A DNA stretch of 64,000 bases, from assembly GCA_964035575.1 (NCBI GenBank), contig OZ037843.1, positions 434,001 through 498,000 of the forward strand, given 5' to 3'. Below the pieces are notes generated by a model. That model saw nothing but the letters and a program-made list of their open reading frames with translations, did not search any database and had not been told where the DNA came from. Positions 50,129-60,827 of this stretch are shown in pieces (the stretch's first letter is position 1; the number at the start of each line of letters is the position of its first letter). This DNA comes from Rhynchopus sp. YZ270_cl-10. Its lineage: Eukaryota. The position numbers and the translations under genes were made by a program.

Positions 50129-51601
50129 CATACTTGTAGCTAACTAGCCGTGGTACGTGGCGATTTTGTTTCCCAAAAGAAAGAAAAAAATCGGCCGGAA
50201 AGAAATTTTTTTTACCCAGGAAAAAAATTTTTACCCAGGGAAAAAATTTTCCCCCAGGAAATAAATTTCCCTCAGGCACTAAATTTGCCCCAGGAAATAA
50301 ATTTCCCTCAGGCACTAAATTTGCCCCAGGAAATAAATTTCCCTCAGGAAATAAATTTGCCTCAGGAAATAAATTTGCCTCAGGAAATAAATTTGCCTCA
50401 GGAAATAAATTTCCCCCAGGAAATAAATTTCCCTCAGGCACTAAATTTGCCTCAGGAAATAAATTTGCCTCAGGAAATAAATTTCCCTCAGGCACTAAAT
50501 TTGCCTCAGGAAATAAATTTCCCCCAGGAAATAAATTTCCCTCAGGCACTAAATTTGCCTCAGGAAATAAATTTGCCTCAGGCAATAAATTTCCTTGCAG
50601 GATATGCACCTGGGGAACTGGGTTGCATCCTGTATCTTAAATTTTTTTGCCTGCGGCGCCATTTTTTCATTTTTTGCTCCGCAAAAAAAGGGTTCGTTGA
50701 GTGACTCTGGTGACAGGGATTACGCTCCACGTGTGGAACGTATGGAAACCCATACGTGAATTGTTTTGAAAAGGTGGAATCCGTACGTGTCCATACGTGG
50801 TAATTTGGGTTTTGGATTGAGGCTGGGGTGGGGTTAGGTGAGGAGTGGGGGCTCCGCCCACCTCTCACCTAACCCCCACAGAATTCTATTTTTAGAAGAC
50901 AATTTTCTTCTATTTTACCGGAAAAGGAAGATGCACTGCGGCGCGAGCTTTCAACCCACCCTTCCCGCGACATAGTAGGCAATTTTAAGCGCAATTTTTA
51001 GAAATGTTGCGTACCGTGGCTTCGCTAGAAACTTTCGTTTTAGCAAAATATGGAAGTAAAATTTACGGAACTGGACGATAGTTACCAACAAAAGTGCCAT
51101 TTTATGTCAACATTTTAAAGAAATGTTGCGTACCGTGGCTTCGCCAGAACCTTTGGGAAGCAATGAGGAGTGAGAAAGAAGGATAAGGGCAAAGAAAAAA
51201 GTAGCGTACCATGCGCCTGCGGCGCAAGCTTGCATCACATCCTTTCCATGACATAGTTTGGCTGTAAAAAAAGGTGCAATTGTAAGCGCATTTTTTAGAA
51301 ATGTTGCGTACCGTGGCTTCGCCACGAGTTTAACACTGAAAAGATGGGGAATATGCTTGAACGCGCTGTTGCCCTGTTTCTCAGCAACAAGCGTCCCAGA
51401 TTCAAGAGAAAACGGAGGTGTTCCTGCTGATGGCGGAGGAGTTGGAAAACGTCGCTCCCCCCGTATTTGTTTCCGGAATTGAGCTTCTGAGGACCTTTTT
51501 CGCGCGAAGCGCGAAAATTTTTTTTTTTGCCAAAAAGAAAGAAATTGGGCGTGGAATTCTAAAATTTTTCGGGAAAAACGGCATATTTAGCGATAAGTAT
51601 G
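50129..51601. mobile_element. Non-autonomous hAT element, family B copy 2 (inverted)
   Basis: Same TIR as 32606; 8-bp TSD TTATAGAC; 18-bp minisatellite at ~50250-50595. Confidence 0.95.
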
Positions 51602-53223
51602 TTATAGACTACTATCACCTAGATAGGCAGCCACGGCTTTTTCTTTCACAGGATCCTTAAAAAGAGAGCAAATAGAAGGAGTACGCTTTGTACGATACTA
51701 AGACTCGCGTTAGTCACCTTAACGGGGGAAGAAATTGAAAGTTTTGTTTTGATAGACTACTATCACCTAGATAGGAAGTATGGGGGGATTTGGGTTCCGA
51801 TGACACTATTAAATACTAATAAACCATGGAACGAAAGCAAGAACAGATCTTTCCTTTTACCCCCCAGAGCAAGAATGTCAGGATTTTTCTTTGATTTTCT
51901 TGCCTTTTTTCTTGCTTTGTTGTTATTAAGTAAAAGTGTGGAACCACACGGGAAAATAAAAACTGAAGGGGGTTTTGGGGCAAATGGAAATTCGCCTTGT
52001 GGGGTGTTGGACCAACCACTGTATACCTTTTTTTTCCGGGGGGGAAAAAAAAGGCATTTTTGTTTGATGTAGGGGAGCGGGCGTTTGAATGGGCTTCTTA
52101 TGAAGTTTTTGTTTTGTTTTTTTTTGTTTTTTTGTTGAAAATTTGGCTGTTTTAGTGTAGACACCCGAGGATGAGCTTCACTATAGTTTTTTTTGTTTTG
52201 CTTTTTTTTGTTTTGTGGGGTGTTTGTTTTCTCTCTTATGTTTGTGTTATATCAGGGAGCGGAGGGAAGAAAGGGCAAACGCCTCACCGGACACCGGCGT
52301 ACGCAAGCAAGAACAACAAAATATACTGAATGACAAAACCATCCTCGCGGTACGTCATCACCCCCCGACCACAATTGTTTTCGGATTTTCTCAAATAAAA
52401 GGAGAGCAACCACGTTGTCGCACACATCCTGCACGATATTGAAAAAGAAACGAGCCGAAGGTGGTACTGAGCCTCTCGTGCTTGAAGAAATAATAGTTAC
52501 TTCCGCACTCAGTCAACGAGAACGCAGGCAAAAAAAGAGAAGAGATACTGATGCAGGCACCTCCGACTGACCCACTGTACGATGCCAGCATCGGATAAAA
52601 GCACAAAACAAAACAAAACAAAACAAAACAAAGTTGGAAGTAGGAGAGGAAAAACCCCCCTGCAAATCTCTATAAAACGCTGTCGGTAGACAGGTTGTCA
52701 TAAAACACGTTCAACCCGACGACTTGGTTGCCGTTTATAAAAAAAGTAATTCATAAAAAAAAAGGAAAAGTTTTCTTAGATGAACCTAAACCTCTTGTAC
52801 TTAGGCACTAAAAAGAAAGGAGATGACGTTCATATACGTTCCATTCAAAGAAGAAAAAGCACACAAAAAGGACGATCAAAAACACGACACATCCCGAAAA
52901 GAGAGAAAACCATTGAACACACAAACAAACACACACAGGAGGGAAAGCGTGGGGAGAAAAAATGTGTCTCTCGTGTACCTACGGCTTTGCATACAAAGAG
53001 AAGTTGAAAGGCACCAGACACCACCAGTGGAATACAGGCTTTCGAACCAAGTGATTTCAGATACGCACCAACTGAAGAGATGTAACTTGAACTACCAAGC
53101 CCTCTGACAGTGTGCCTAAAAAAGAAGCTTTATGCGTGTAGTACGTAAAGTGCGAGACACAGGAAGATCAAAACTGTAGAATAAATACAAAATTTCTGCG
53201 ACAGGAAAGGGGGGGGGTGGGAG

Positions 53224-53683
53224 CAGGCCTCAGCCTAACTGGGGGGTAGGCAGGCCAACACGGATTAGGGGTGGTGGGTCCCCCCCCCCTCTGTACACGG
53301 TTGTACAGGGGCTGGGCCGAAGAAAAATTTTTCCAACCAATTTTTGCCCACAAAAAAACGAAAAAAAAAATTTTTTTTTTCGATTCTCCTGTGTCTGTGC
53401 GTGCTGTGATGGGGTCATTTCGCGCTCAGAAATGAGTATTTTTGACCCAAAATACATGTGTCAGTTTTGGACTGAAAATTTCAAAAATCATGTAAAAACT
53501 GACACATGTATTTTGGGTCAAAAATACTCATTTCTGAGCGCGAAATGACCCCATCACAGCACGCACAGACACAGGAGAATCGAAAAAAAAAATTTTTTTT
53601 TTCGATTTTTTGTGGGCAAAAATTGGTCGGAAAAATTTTTCTTCGGCCCACCCCCTGTATAACTGTGTACAGAGGTGGGGGGG

Positions 53684-53723
<40 letters not shown>

Positions 53724-54717
53724 AGGGGCAGCGACTCCTAACGATTTTTTGTCACTTTTTCGATTTTTGGTATATTGGGCCATTTCCAGGCCACCTCCGG
53801 TCGGAAAACACCCCAGAACTGGGTCAGAAACACCCTGTGGCCCGAAAATCCGTGATAAGGGCGACTCAGAATATGATAAAATGCAAAAAAATAGTGAAAA
53901 AGTGGCTTTTTGACGGTTTTGGCCATGTTGGGTAAAATGGCCATTTTTGGTGAAAAAAATCAAAAAAACAGCAAAATTTCGACATCATGACAGCTGCTTG
54001 GGCACAAAACTACCCCAGGGAGGTCCCGTGAGTCCATTCCGACCTGTTTTGGACACTTTGGGTACTTTTTTTGGCCCACATCCATATCGAATATCCATCA
54101 CACACCCACTCACTCTGAGTGGGTGTGTGATGGATATTCGGGACTATGTGGGGTCCGGGAGGGGTATTTTGGGGGTTTCAGGCAAAAAAACGAAAAAAAT
54201 ATGACCGTAACAGGGGGTGTGCAAAGTGTCTTGGGGATGTCTTGGGGACGTCTTGGGCATTTTTTTGACCTAAAAACACCAAAAAAACACTTCCAAAAGT
54301 GTCAAATATGTCCAAAACAGGTTGGAATGGACTCACAGGCCACTTTTGGGGTATATTTGTGCCAAAGGAGGCTTTGTGATGTCAAAAAATATCCCGGTTT
54401 TTGATTTTTTTCTCGAAAAATCGCTATTTTGCCCAAAGTGGCCAAAACGTGAAAAAAGCCGTTTTTTCACTATTTTTTTCCATTTTTTTGTATTCTGGGG
54501 TGGCTTCTGGGTCGTTTTTCGACCCACAGGCCCCCTGTGACCCACTCTGAGGGTGTTTTTCACCCGCAGTTGCCTTGGAGATGGCCAGATAATGCCAAAT
54601 GAATTTTCCGTGCGTTTGGTCCCAGCCAAAATGGCTGGAGTCGTATCCCCTAGGGGGGGGGGGGGTACCACCCACCCCCCAAGGCCAACATCGGCCGAAA
54701 AATTACCCAGAGGCCTG
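53224..54717. mobile_element. Non-autonomous hAT-type element with internal long palindrome
   Basis: TIR CAGGCCTC(A/T)G and 8-bp TSD GGTGGGAG; ~185-bp inverted arms at 53281-53468 and 53495-53685. Confidence 0.85.
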
Positions 54718-55012
54718 GGTGGGAGAGGCTCACGCAAAAAAATGCTGACCACCTTGGGATGTGGCAGTGCGCGGGGCTGTCCCATTTCAAGTGCCAAAAT
54801 ACATTTTCGTGCACTGATGTCACCAAAATTAAACTCTGCACACACACACATACACAAAAGCAAAAGTAAAAAATGGAGGGGGGAATGTAACCCCGCCCGT
54901 GGGGGAACGGGGGATAACCTGAGCGATGTGTGAGTTCTCTTTTTCGTGAACACGGCAAATCGTCCGATGTGACCCAGCATAAGTTGGGTCCTTTTCAGAG
55001 TGTATATTTCCG

Positions 55013-57142
55013 TCAACGTGACCTCGTGCTCCCCTGCACACATGTGTGCACCCTGTACGTACCTAGGCCCCCTTTCCGTGGTGCGAGATCCGCCTCAAGC
55101 GCAGACAGTAGTGTTGTGCCCTCGGGAGGCTCAAACAGACACACCACACCGTCGCGCACAGCCTCTTCGCAGAGTGACCAACTGCGGCGCACAGTTGTCC
55201 CCATCACCGTCACAAAGCGCTGCTTGCGTGCCCCCACATCACCATGCTGGATCAGCCCGCTTGCGAGGCCAACACCGCGCAGGGTTGCCTTCACGACCAT
55301 GCGTTGTGCAAAGCGGATCGCGTTCTCCATGTGTGCAGGGGCAGGGCGGCTTACGTTCCACGACACACAGACACGGCTGCCAAACACGGTCACCAGGCTG
55401 CCGCCACTCTGGCTGAGTGCGACGGTGAGAATCGAGAGGCCAAGGCTCATTGTCTGCAGTACGGCGTGGCCTTGATCCACTGCGAATTCGACCACACCCA
55501 CAGTGCCGAGCACGGGCTTAGCGGGAACGACCAAGAGAGTGGACGTGCTTGAGAGCGACGACGTGCCAGAAAACTGCCGCACAAAGTCCAGGTCACGCGC
55601 AAAGGGCATGCCATTCACAGACGCCGCAGGGCATGCAGGCTCAATTAAAGCATTGTCGCGCCGCCCCCCAAGCGACACAGGCCACACACAGCGCACAAAC
55701 GTCTTGTCAGTTACACCCTTCAGGTCAAGTGATTCTGTCTCACCCACAACAGCACTGCACGCACAACAGTCAGACGTCCACAGATCAGAGGGCACAGCAA
55801 CAGCCCCAGGCGTGCATGTGCTCTCAAGGCGTGACGTGACGTTGACAGTGTGTCCGAAGTAGTCTGTCCGTCCAGTGAGTGTGTTCTGTTCGATGGCGAC
55901 AGGGCCGGTGTTGACACCAATGCGCACAGTGAGGCCACCCCACAGAGAGTCTTGTGGTGCGCAGATGGGGACCTCAAGCAGCGATGCAGGCCAGTCTGCT
56001 GCGAGCAGCTTCTCGTGTACCTGCAGAGCAAAGTTTATCCCATCTGTTGTTGTCGCAAAGGCAATCATGAAGGCGTCGCCAATGGCCTTCACCTCGTACC
56101 CGCCGAACACCTGCATTACTTCACGCATCACACGGTTGTGTATTTTCAGCGCAGCACCCATCCCGTCAGGTGCACACTCCCAGATCGACGTCGACGCACG
56201 GATGTCTGTGAACACGATCGTTGCCGTCTCAGTCTCGAGCCCAGGTGGTGCCACAGATGTGTGCTGCACACCGTCCACCTCATCTTCCTCAAACAGCGCA
56301 GCAGGGAGGTAGGGACGGTACTTCCGCAGGTTCTCCTCCAACGTCTGCAGCGTTGCGCGCATCTCCTCTGGGAGCAACGTCTCTTGCGCCTCCAGCATGC
56401 GTGCCACGCCTTCCACGTCGTACCCAGCCAGGAGCGAGGCGATGTCCTGCACTGTGTTGATCGTCCTCTGCATTGCCTCTTGCTCCTTCAGCATTTCCCG
56501 CGCGAAGCCTCGCGTTGCCACAAAATCAACAACAAAGACGAGCAGGGCTGTGAGGAGCTGATCCGTTGTGTCCCGGGAGCACGGGTACGTCGCACAGTCG
56601 GATATATCCGTGACATAGGCCTCCCTCCCGTACTCACCTGTCTGCGGGCTGAGAAACGCTAAATCAAAGAGCCCAAAGCGGAAGCGCTCCTCCATCGCCA
56701 ACACCACAAGCCACACCACGATACAGCACACAAGCCCTACACTGTACCGCGAATCTACCTGCATCACAAGCAAAAAATCAATCGTCAGCACCAAAGGCGA
56801 CCACCCAGAGTACAGCTTCACGCGAGAATCCAAATCAGACATAAACGCTGACAGCACAAACCCCGATGCAATAGCTAAGACCACCCTCTGCGGCAATGGC
56901 GCACGGCACAGAATCAAGAGGACTCCGATAAAGGACGCCCCCAAGCCCAGCGCCACGCTGACCGCAGGCGCCATCACAGCAACGTACTTCGCTGGGCTTA
57001 CGATAATAAACATACTGCAGAAACAGAAGACCGTGACGTTGATTGCGAAGAACACAGTGCGGCGTAAAGTGGCCTTCTTATCGAGCGTGCTATCCAGAGA
57101 CAGCAGTCTTTGCAGTTGTTGCATTGTCTTTTGAGTGATCAT
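55013..57142 (-). CDS. Multi-pass membrane class III adenylate cyclase, paralogue of 13267
   Basis: Motifs VFTDIRAST, YEVKAIGDAFM and DYFGHTVNVTSR; first ATG at 57142 (alternative 57124). Confidence 0.9.
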   Translation of the reverse strand: MITQKTMQQLQRLLSLDSTLDKKATLRRTVFFAINVTVFCFCSMFIIVSPAKYVAVMAPAVSVALGLGASFIGVLLILCRAPLPQRVVLAIASGFVLSAFMSDLDSRVKLYSGWSPLVLTIDFLLVMQVDSRYSVGLVCCIVVWLVVLAMEERFRFGLFDLAFLSPQTGEYGREAYVTDISDCATYPCSRDTTDQLLTALLVFVVDFVATRGFAREMLKEQEAMQRTINTVQDIASLLAGYDVEGVARMLEAQETLLPEEMRATLQTLEENLRKYRPYLPAALFEEDEVDGVQHTSVAPPGLETETATIVFTDIRASTSIWECAPDGMGAALKIHNRVMREVMQVFGGYEVKAIGDAFMIAFATTTDGINFALQVHEKLLAADWPASLLEVPICAPQDSLWGGLTVRIGVNTGPVAIEQNTLTGRTDYFGHTVNVTSRLESTCTPGAVAVPSDLWTSDCCACSAVVGETESLDLKGVTDKTFVRCVWPVSLGGRRDNALIEPACPAASVNGMPFARDLDFVRQFSGTSSLSSTSTLLVVPAKPVLGTVGVVEFAVDQGHAVLQTMSLGLSILTVALSQSGGSLVTVFGSRVCVSWNVSRPAPAHMENAIRFAQRMVVKATLRGVGLASGLIQHGDVGARKQRFVTVMGTTVRRSWSLCEEAVRDGVVCLFEPPEGTTLLSALEADLAPRKGGLGTYRVHTCVQGSTRSR

Positions 57143-57451
57143 CACGTCGGAAAGTTCGGAGAAATGTAGCTATTTTTTTTTTTAGATCTCAGGAATGAGA
57201 GAATTCCGTCCTCAATCAGTTTCTCTGGATACTCCAGAAGAAATAAAATGTGTTTTCCAGGGGGAGGGAAAAAAAATAGGGTTTTAGTTCTCCAAGATGC
57301 CGCAGCTCCGAAAACAGCCACAGTGTCGCTATTATTGCTGCTATGCAACTGTTGCGTAGTTTAGACCAGCCCAAATATGTGAACAGTGTGTACCCCTGTC
57401 TAGAATGTGGTGTGATGAGGGGGGTTTGAAAATGTTTTTTGTATGTTTTGA

Positions 57452-58677
57452 CACGGCATCCATAAGCCCTTACCAGGACCTATCCTCCGGAGGTAAAAAT
57501 ACCACCTCCCACCTCTTACATTAAGCCCTTAATTTTAAGGCACTCTAAAATTAAGGGCTTAATTTAAGGGCTTAGAGTTCTTACTAAGGGCTTACTAAGG
57601 GCTTAGTAAGAAATTAAGGGCTTAATTTAAGGGCTTACAAAGAGCTTACTAAGAGTGTACTAAGACCATAGGGGTAGTTTTGGACCTCAGCAAAATTAAA
57701 ATGCGATAATTGTGAAAAATCACCCAAAATTCCGTCACCCGATCGTCAGAGTGTGGGACAAATGCAACACTTACCGAAAAAATTCTACAATCGGACAAAA
57801 ATCCTTCTCAACATCCAAAAAACACCTCGGTCCACATCCGCTGGTGTCCCGAGGTGGAAATATATGTATTACAGCTTTTGGGGTCTAGCGTGGGTCCCAC
57901 AGAAATGAAGTACAGATGCATTTTGCAACGGGTGTGTGCCTCAACTGCTTCAAAGTACCCTTTTTTGTACCTGAAAATGACAACGTATCCTGTACCTAAG
58001 TGCAGTAAAGCCTTGCTTGCGTCCTCCTTCGTGGTTTTGGGTGTTCGCATGCGAGATTCATTATCGCATTCTCGCATGTAATTCTCGCATCACGGAGGAT
58101 TTTAGCGTTACGTGACCACGGAGAATCGTGCGAGAATTGTGCAAGAATTTTTCGCCAGACCAAAAATAGTCCGAGAATGCGACTCGCATCGAGTCTATGA
58201 CTACACCGGCCAAAATTCGTCCAAAACTCGCCCAAATTCAGGTCCTGTATGTATCATATTGTAGTGCATCTTGTCAAGATGCACTACAATATGGAGGACC
58301 ACAAAGGCATGAGTAGGGGCTAGATTCGCTGTACAACGTACTCGCCATGCCGGTTAATAGCATACCTGCAGGCAAATGAAATTTCACTCATATTTTCGCA
58401 GGTGCACTTTTCCCAAGGTAAAATCCCCACCGAAAAAAAACTCGCCCTCCAAAAATGGGCGAGTTTTTTCTACTCGCCCGCACAGTATGCCTAGGGTAAG
58501 TACACTCTTGGTAAGCTTTTTGTAAGCCCTTAAATTAAGCCCTTAATTTCTTACTAAGCCCTTAGTAAGCCCTTAGTAAGAAATTAAGCCCTTAATTTTA
58601 GCTGATCTCAAAATTAAGGGCTTAAAAAATTAAGAGGTGGAGCTCATATCCCTTAGTAAGGGCTTATGGATGCCGTG
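57452..58677. mobile_element. Fold-back type element with 6-bp TSD and nested inserts
   Basis: TIR CACGGCATCCATAAGCCCTTAC, TTTTGA on both sides, arms rich in TAAGGGCTT/AAGCCCTTA. The centre (~57665-58496) includes one end of the 34130 family. Confidence 0.8.
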
Positions 58678-58884
58678 TTTTGAAAGTGCTTTTGTGCTCT
58701 GTTTAATTTTGCTTGATAGTTTTGTAGACGTGGAGTTGGAGAGGAAGGGCGCGTTAGGGCGCGTGATGAGGGGGGTTATGGGACAATAAAATCAAAATTG
58801 CAGGGAGGGAGGGAGGGTCTATTTTTTTTTTCTTCTTCCCAAAAGAAAAAAGCTAATTCGTTTGAGGCTACCATGAAATAGCAG

Positions 58885-59050
58885 CCACGTTTTTTTTTTT
58901 TTTTTTTTTGAAAACTTTTTTTTTTGACCACCCCTTTTAGGGAACGGAGCATGGCACTGTCCTGAAACCTCCAAGAAAAATGGAGGAAGCGGGGCTAAAG
59001 AAGGAAGTTGCCTTCCTAAACGTGCATACACAACTGACAAAAAAAAAATG
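58885..59050. repeat. Diverged direct repeat of ~60268-60415
   Basis: Shared TTTGAAAAC..TTAGGGAACGG..CTCCAAGAAAAATGGAG..GGAAGTTGCC..CCTAAACGT..CACAACTG. Confidence 0.75.
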
Positions 59051-60599
59051 CCTTCTTTTTTTTTGAAAACTTGGCGATAAAATAAATGAAGGCATATCTG
59101 AGGATATACTCCATTTATGTCTCATCGCATTTTTTTAATTTTTTTTTTTCCTTTTGGTATCGCCAACCGCTGCGTCAGTAAAATTAAATGACACAAACGG
59201 TCTGTACAGTACAATGGCACCTTTTTTGTAAATAGGATGTGAACACAGACACACGCAGCCCCATCCAGACAAAGAGTGCGCAGAGAAGATATTGAAATAC
59301 TGTAACCAGAGGGTGTGGGGATAGCATCTTGGGGATTCCCATACCCACGCCCTGGCCACAGTGAAAGCTTTGGGACAGGGTTGTTCCTTGTTCTCGGAAA
59401 AAACAGCAAAATTCTGGATTTATGTTCCCGTTTTTTTCCTTTTTTTGGGTGGGGTTTTTTGCCCTTTTTCGGGCTTTCCGAGCTCTACCCTCACTGTAGT
59501 GGGGTCATTTCGAGAAAATGGACAAGTTCTTGATTGATACAAATTTTGGTTACGACCACTAGTGAGTTGCTCACAATGCTAAATGAGTGTCAGAACTGTG
59601 ATTCTGGGCCCACTTTAACCGCCCCTCGAAATTCAAAAAGGGGTCCCAAACCCGGGCGCGCTACACTCGCGCGGAACTTTTTGCTTTGGTCTAGTTGCAT
59701 TTTTGGCTGCAAAATGCAAGGGGATCCCCAAAGACGTTGGGAATATTATTTGGATGGGGCAGTGATTTTGTACCTGCATACACGCTCCCTCGCGGTAACC
59801 GCGTGCATGCCAATGAAGTGCTCTCTGGGGTTCGATAACCCGTGGAACCAGTGCTTCCGCCGATGAACGGTGAGGCGTTGCACTTCTCTTTTTGCGGAGC
59901 AAAAAATAATATAAATGGCGCCGCAGGCAAAAAAATTTGAGTACAGTGTAAAAATCTAGCTTCCAACGAACCCTTTTTTGCAGAGCAAAAAATGAAAAAT
60001 GGCGCCGCAGGCAAAAAAAAAATTGGGGGTACAGCCCTGGACAGTGAAGGATTTTGTTGTCAATTTTTTTTTCTTGCCCCCTGAAAACTCTTGCTTTTGA
60101 GAGTTTCGACCATTTCACCACACTGGTGGTGTGTCACCTACAGTGAAACCCACCAGAAACCACAAGAAAGCCCCCTAAGGAAAAAAAGGAAAAAAAAAAA
60201 GGAAAAAAAAACTAAAATCCAGAATTTCATGTTCTCGGTCCCACTTAGGAACTTCCCTGCTTTGGGAGTTTTTTTTTTTTTTTTGAAAACTTTTTTTTAC
60301 CATTCCTATTAGGGAACGGATCATGCACGGTCCTGGAAGCTCCAAGAAAAATGGAGTCGGCGGGCTTAATAGGAAGTTGCCTTTCCTAAACGTACACACA
60401 ACTGGCAAAAAAAAGGGGAGGTGTCGTCACTCACCTATATCATCATTGAAAATACCATTGTTTACCAATGGTACACTCCAATACTGTTGCCCCCCTTTTT
60501 TCTTTTCTTTTTTGAAAACTTGATGACGTGTGGACACCTCGCTTTTTTCTCGTGTGAACTCCGCGCATTTTTTTTGAGGAGCAACTAACCCCTTATAAG

Positions 60600-60827
60600 C
60601 AGTGCTGTAAGAATGTAAGAATACGTATTCTTATACGTATTCTTCGTAAGAATACGTTAAGAATACGCATTATTACGTATTCTGATAAATTGATAAATTG
60701 ATGCCGTGTAGACACCTCGCTTTTTACTCGTGTGAACTCCACGCTGCCTTTCCTCGCCTATCTCTCGTTTCGTGGATACCGCTACTAACAAAGAATACGT
60801 ATTCTTATACGTATTCTTACAGCACTG
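60600..60827. mobile_element. Small hAT-type MITE
   Basis: TIR CAGTGCTGTAAGAAT, 8-bp palindromic TSD CTTATAAG, subterminal AATACGTATT repeats. Confidence 0.8.

Noticed and set aside
13159..56662. Numerous plus-strand ORFs overlapping the minus-strand genes
   Set aside because: They are antisense shadows of GC-rich coding sequence with no recognisable motifs.
57665..58496. Nested piggyBac-like element (CCATAGG...CCTAGGG flanked by TAAG)
   Set aside because: The TIR match is only ~9/13 and there is no true TTAA, which is too weak to call.
57520..58630. TTAAGGGC repeats as interstitial telomere
   Set aside because: They are irregular, occur in both orientations and form the subterminal arms of a TIR/TSD-bounded element.
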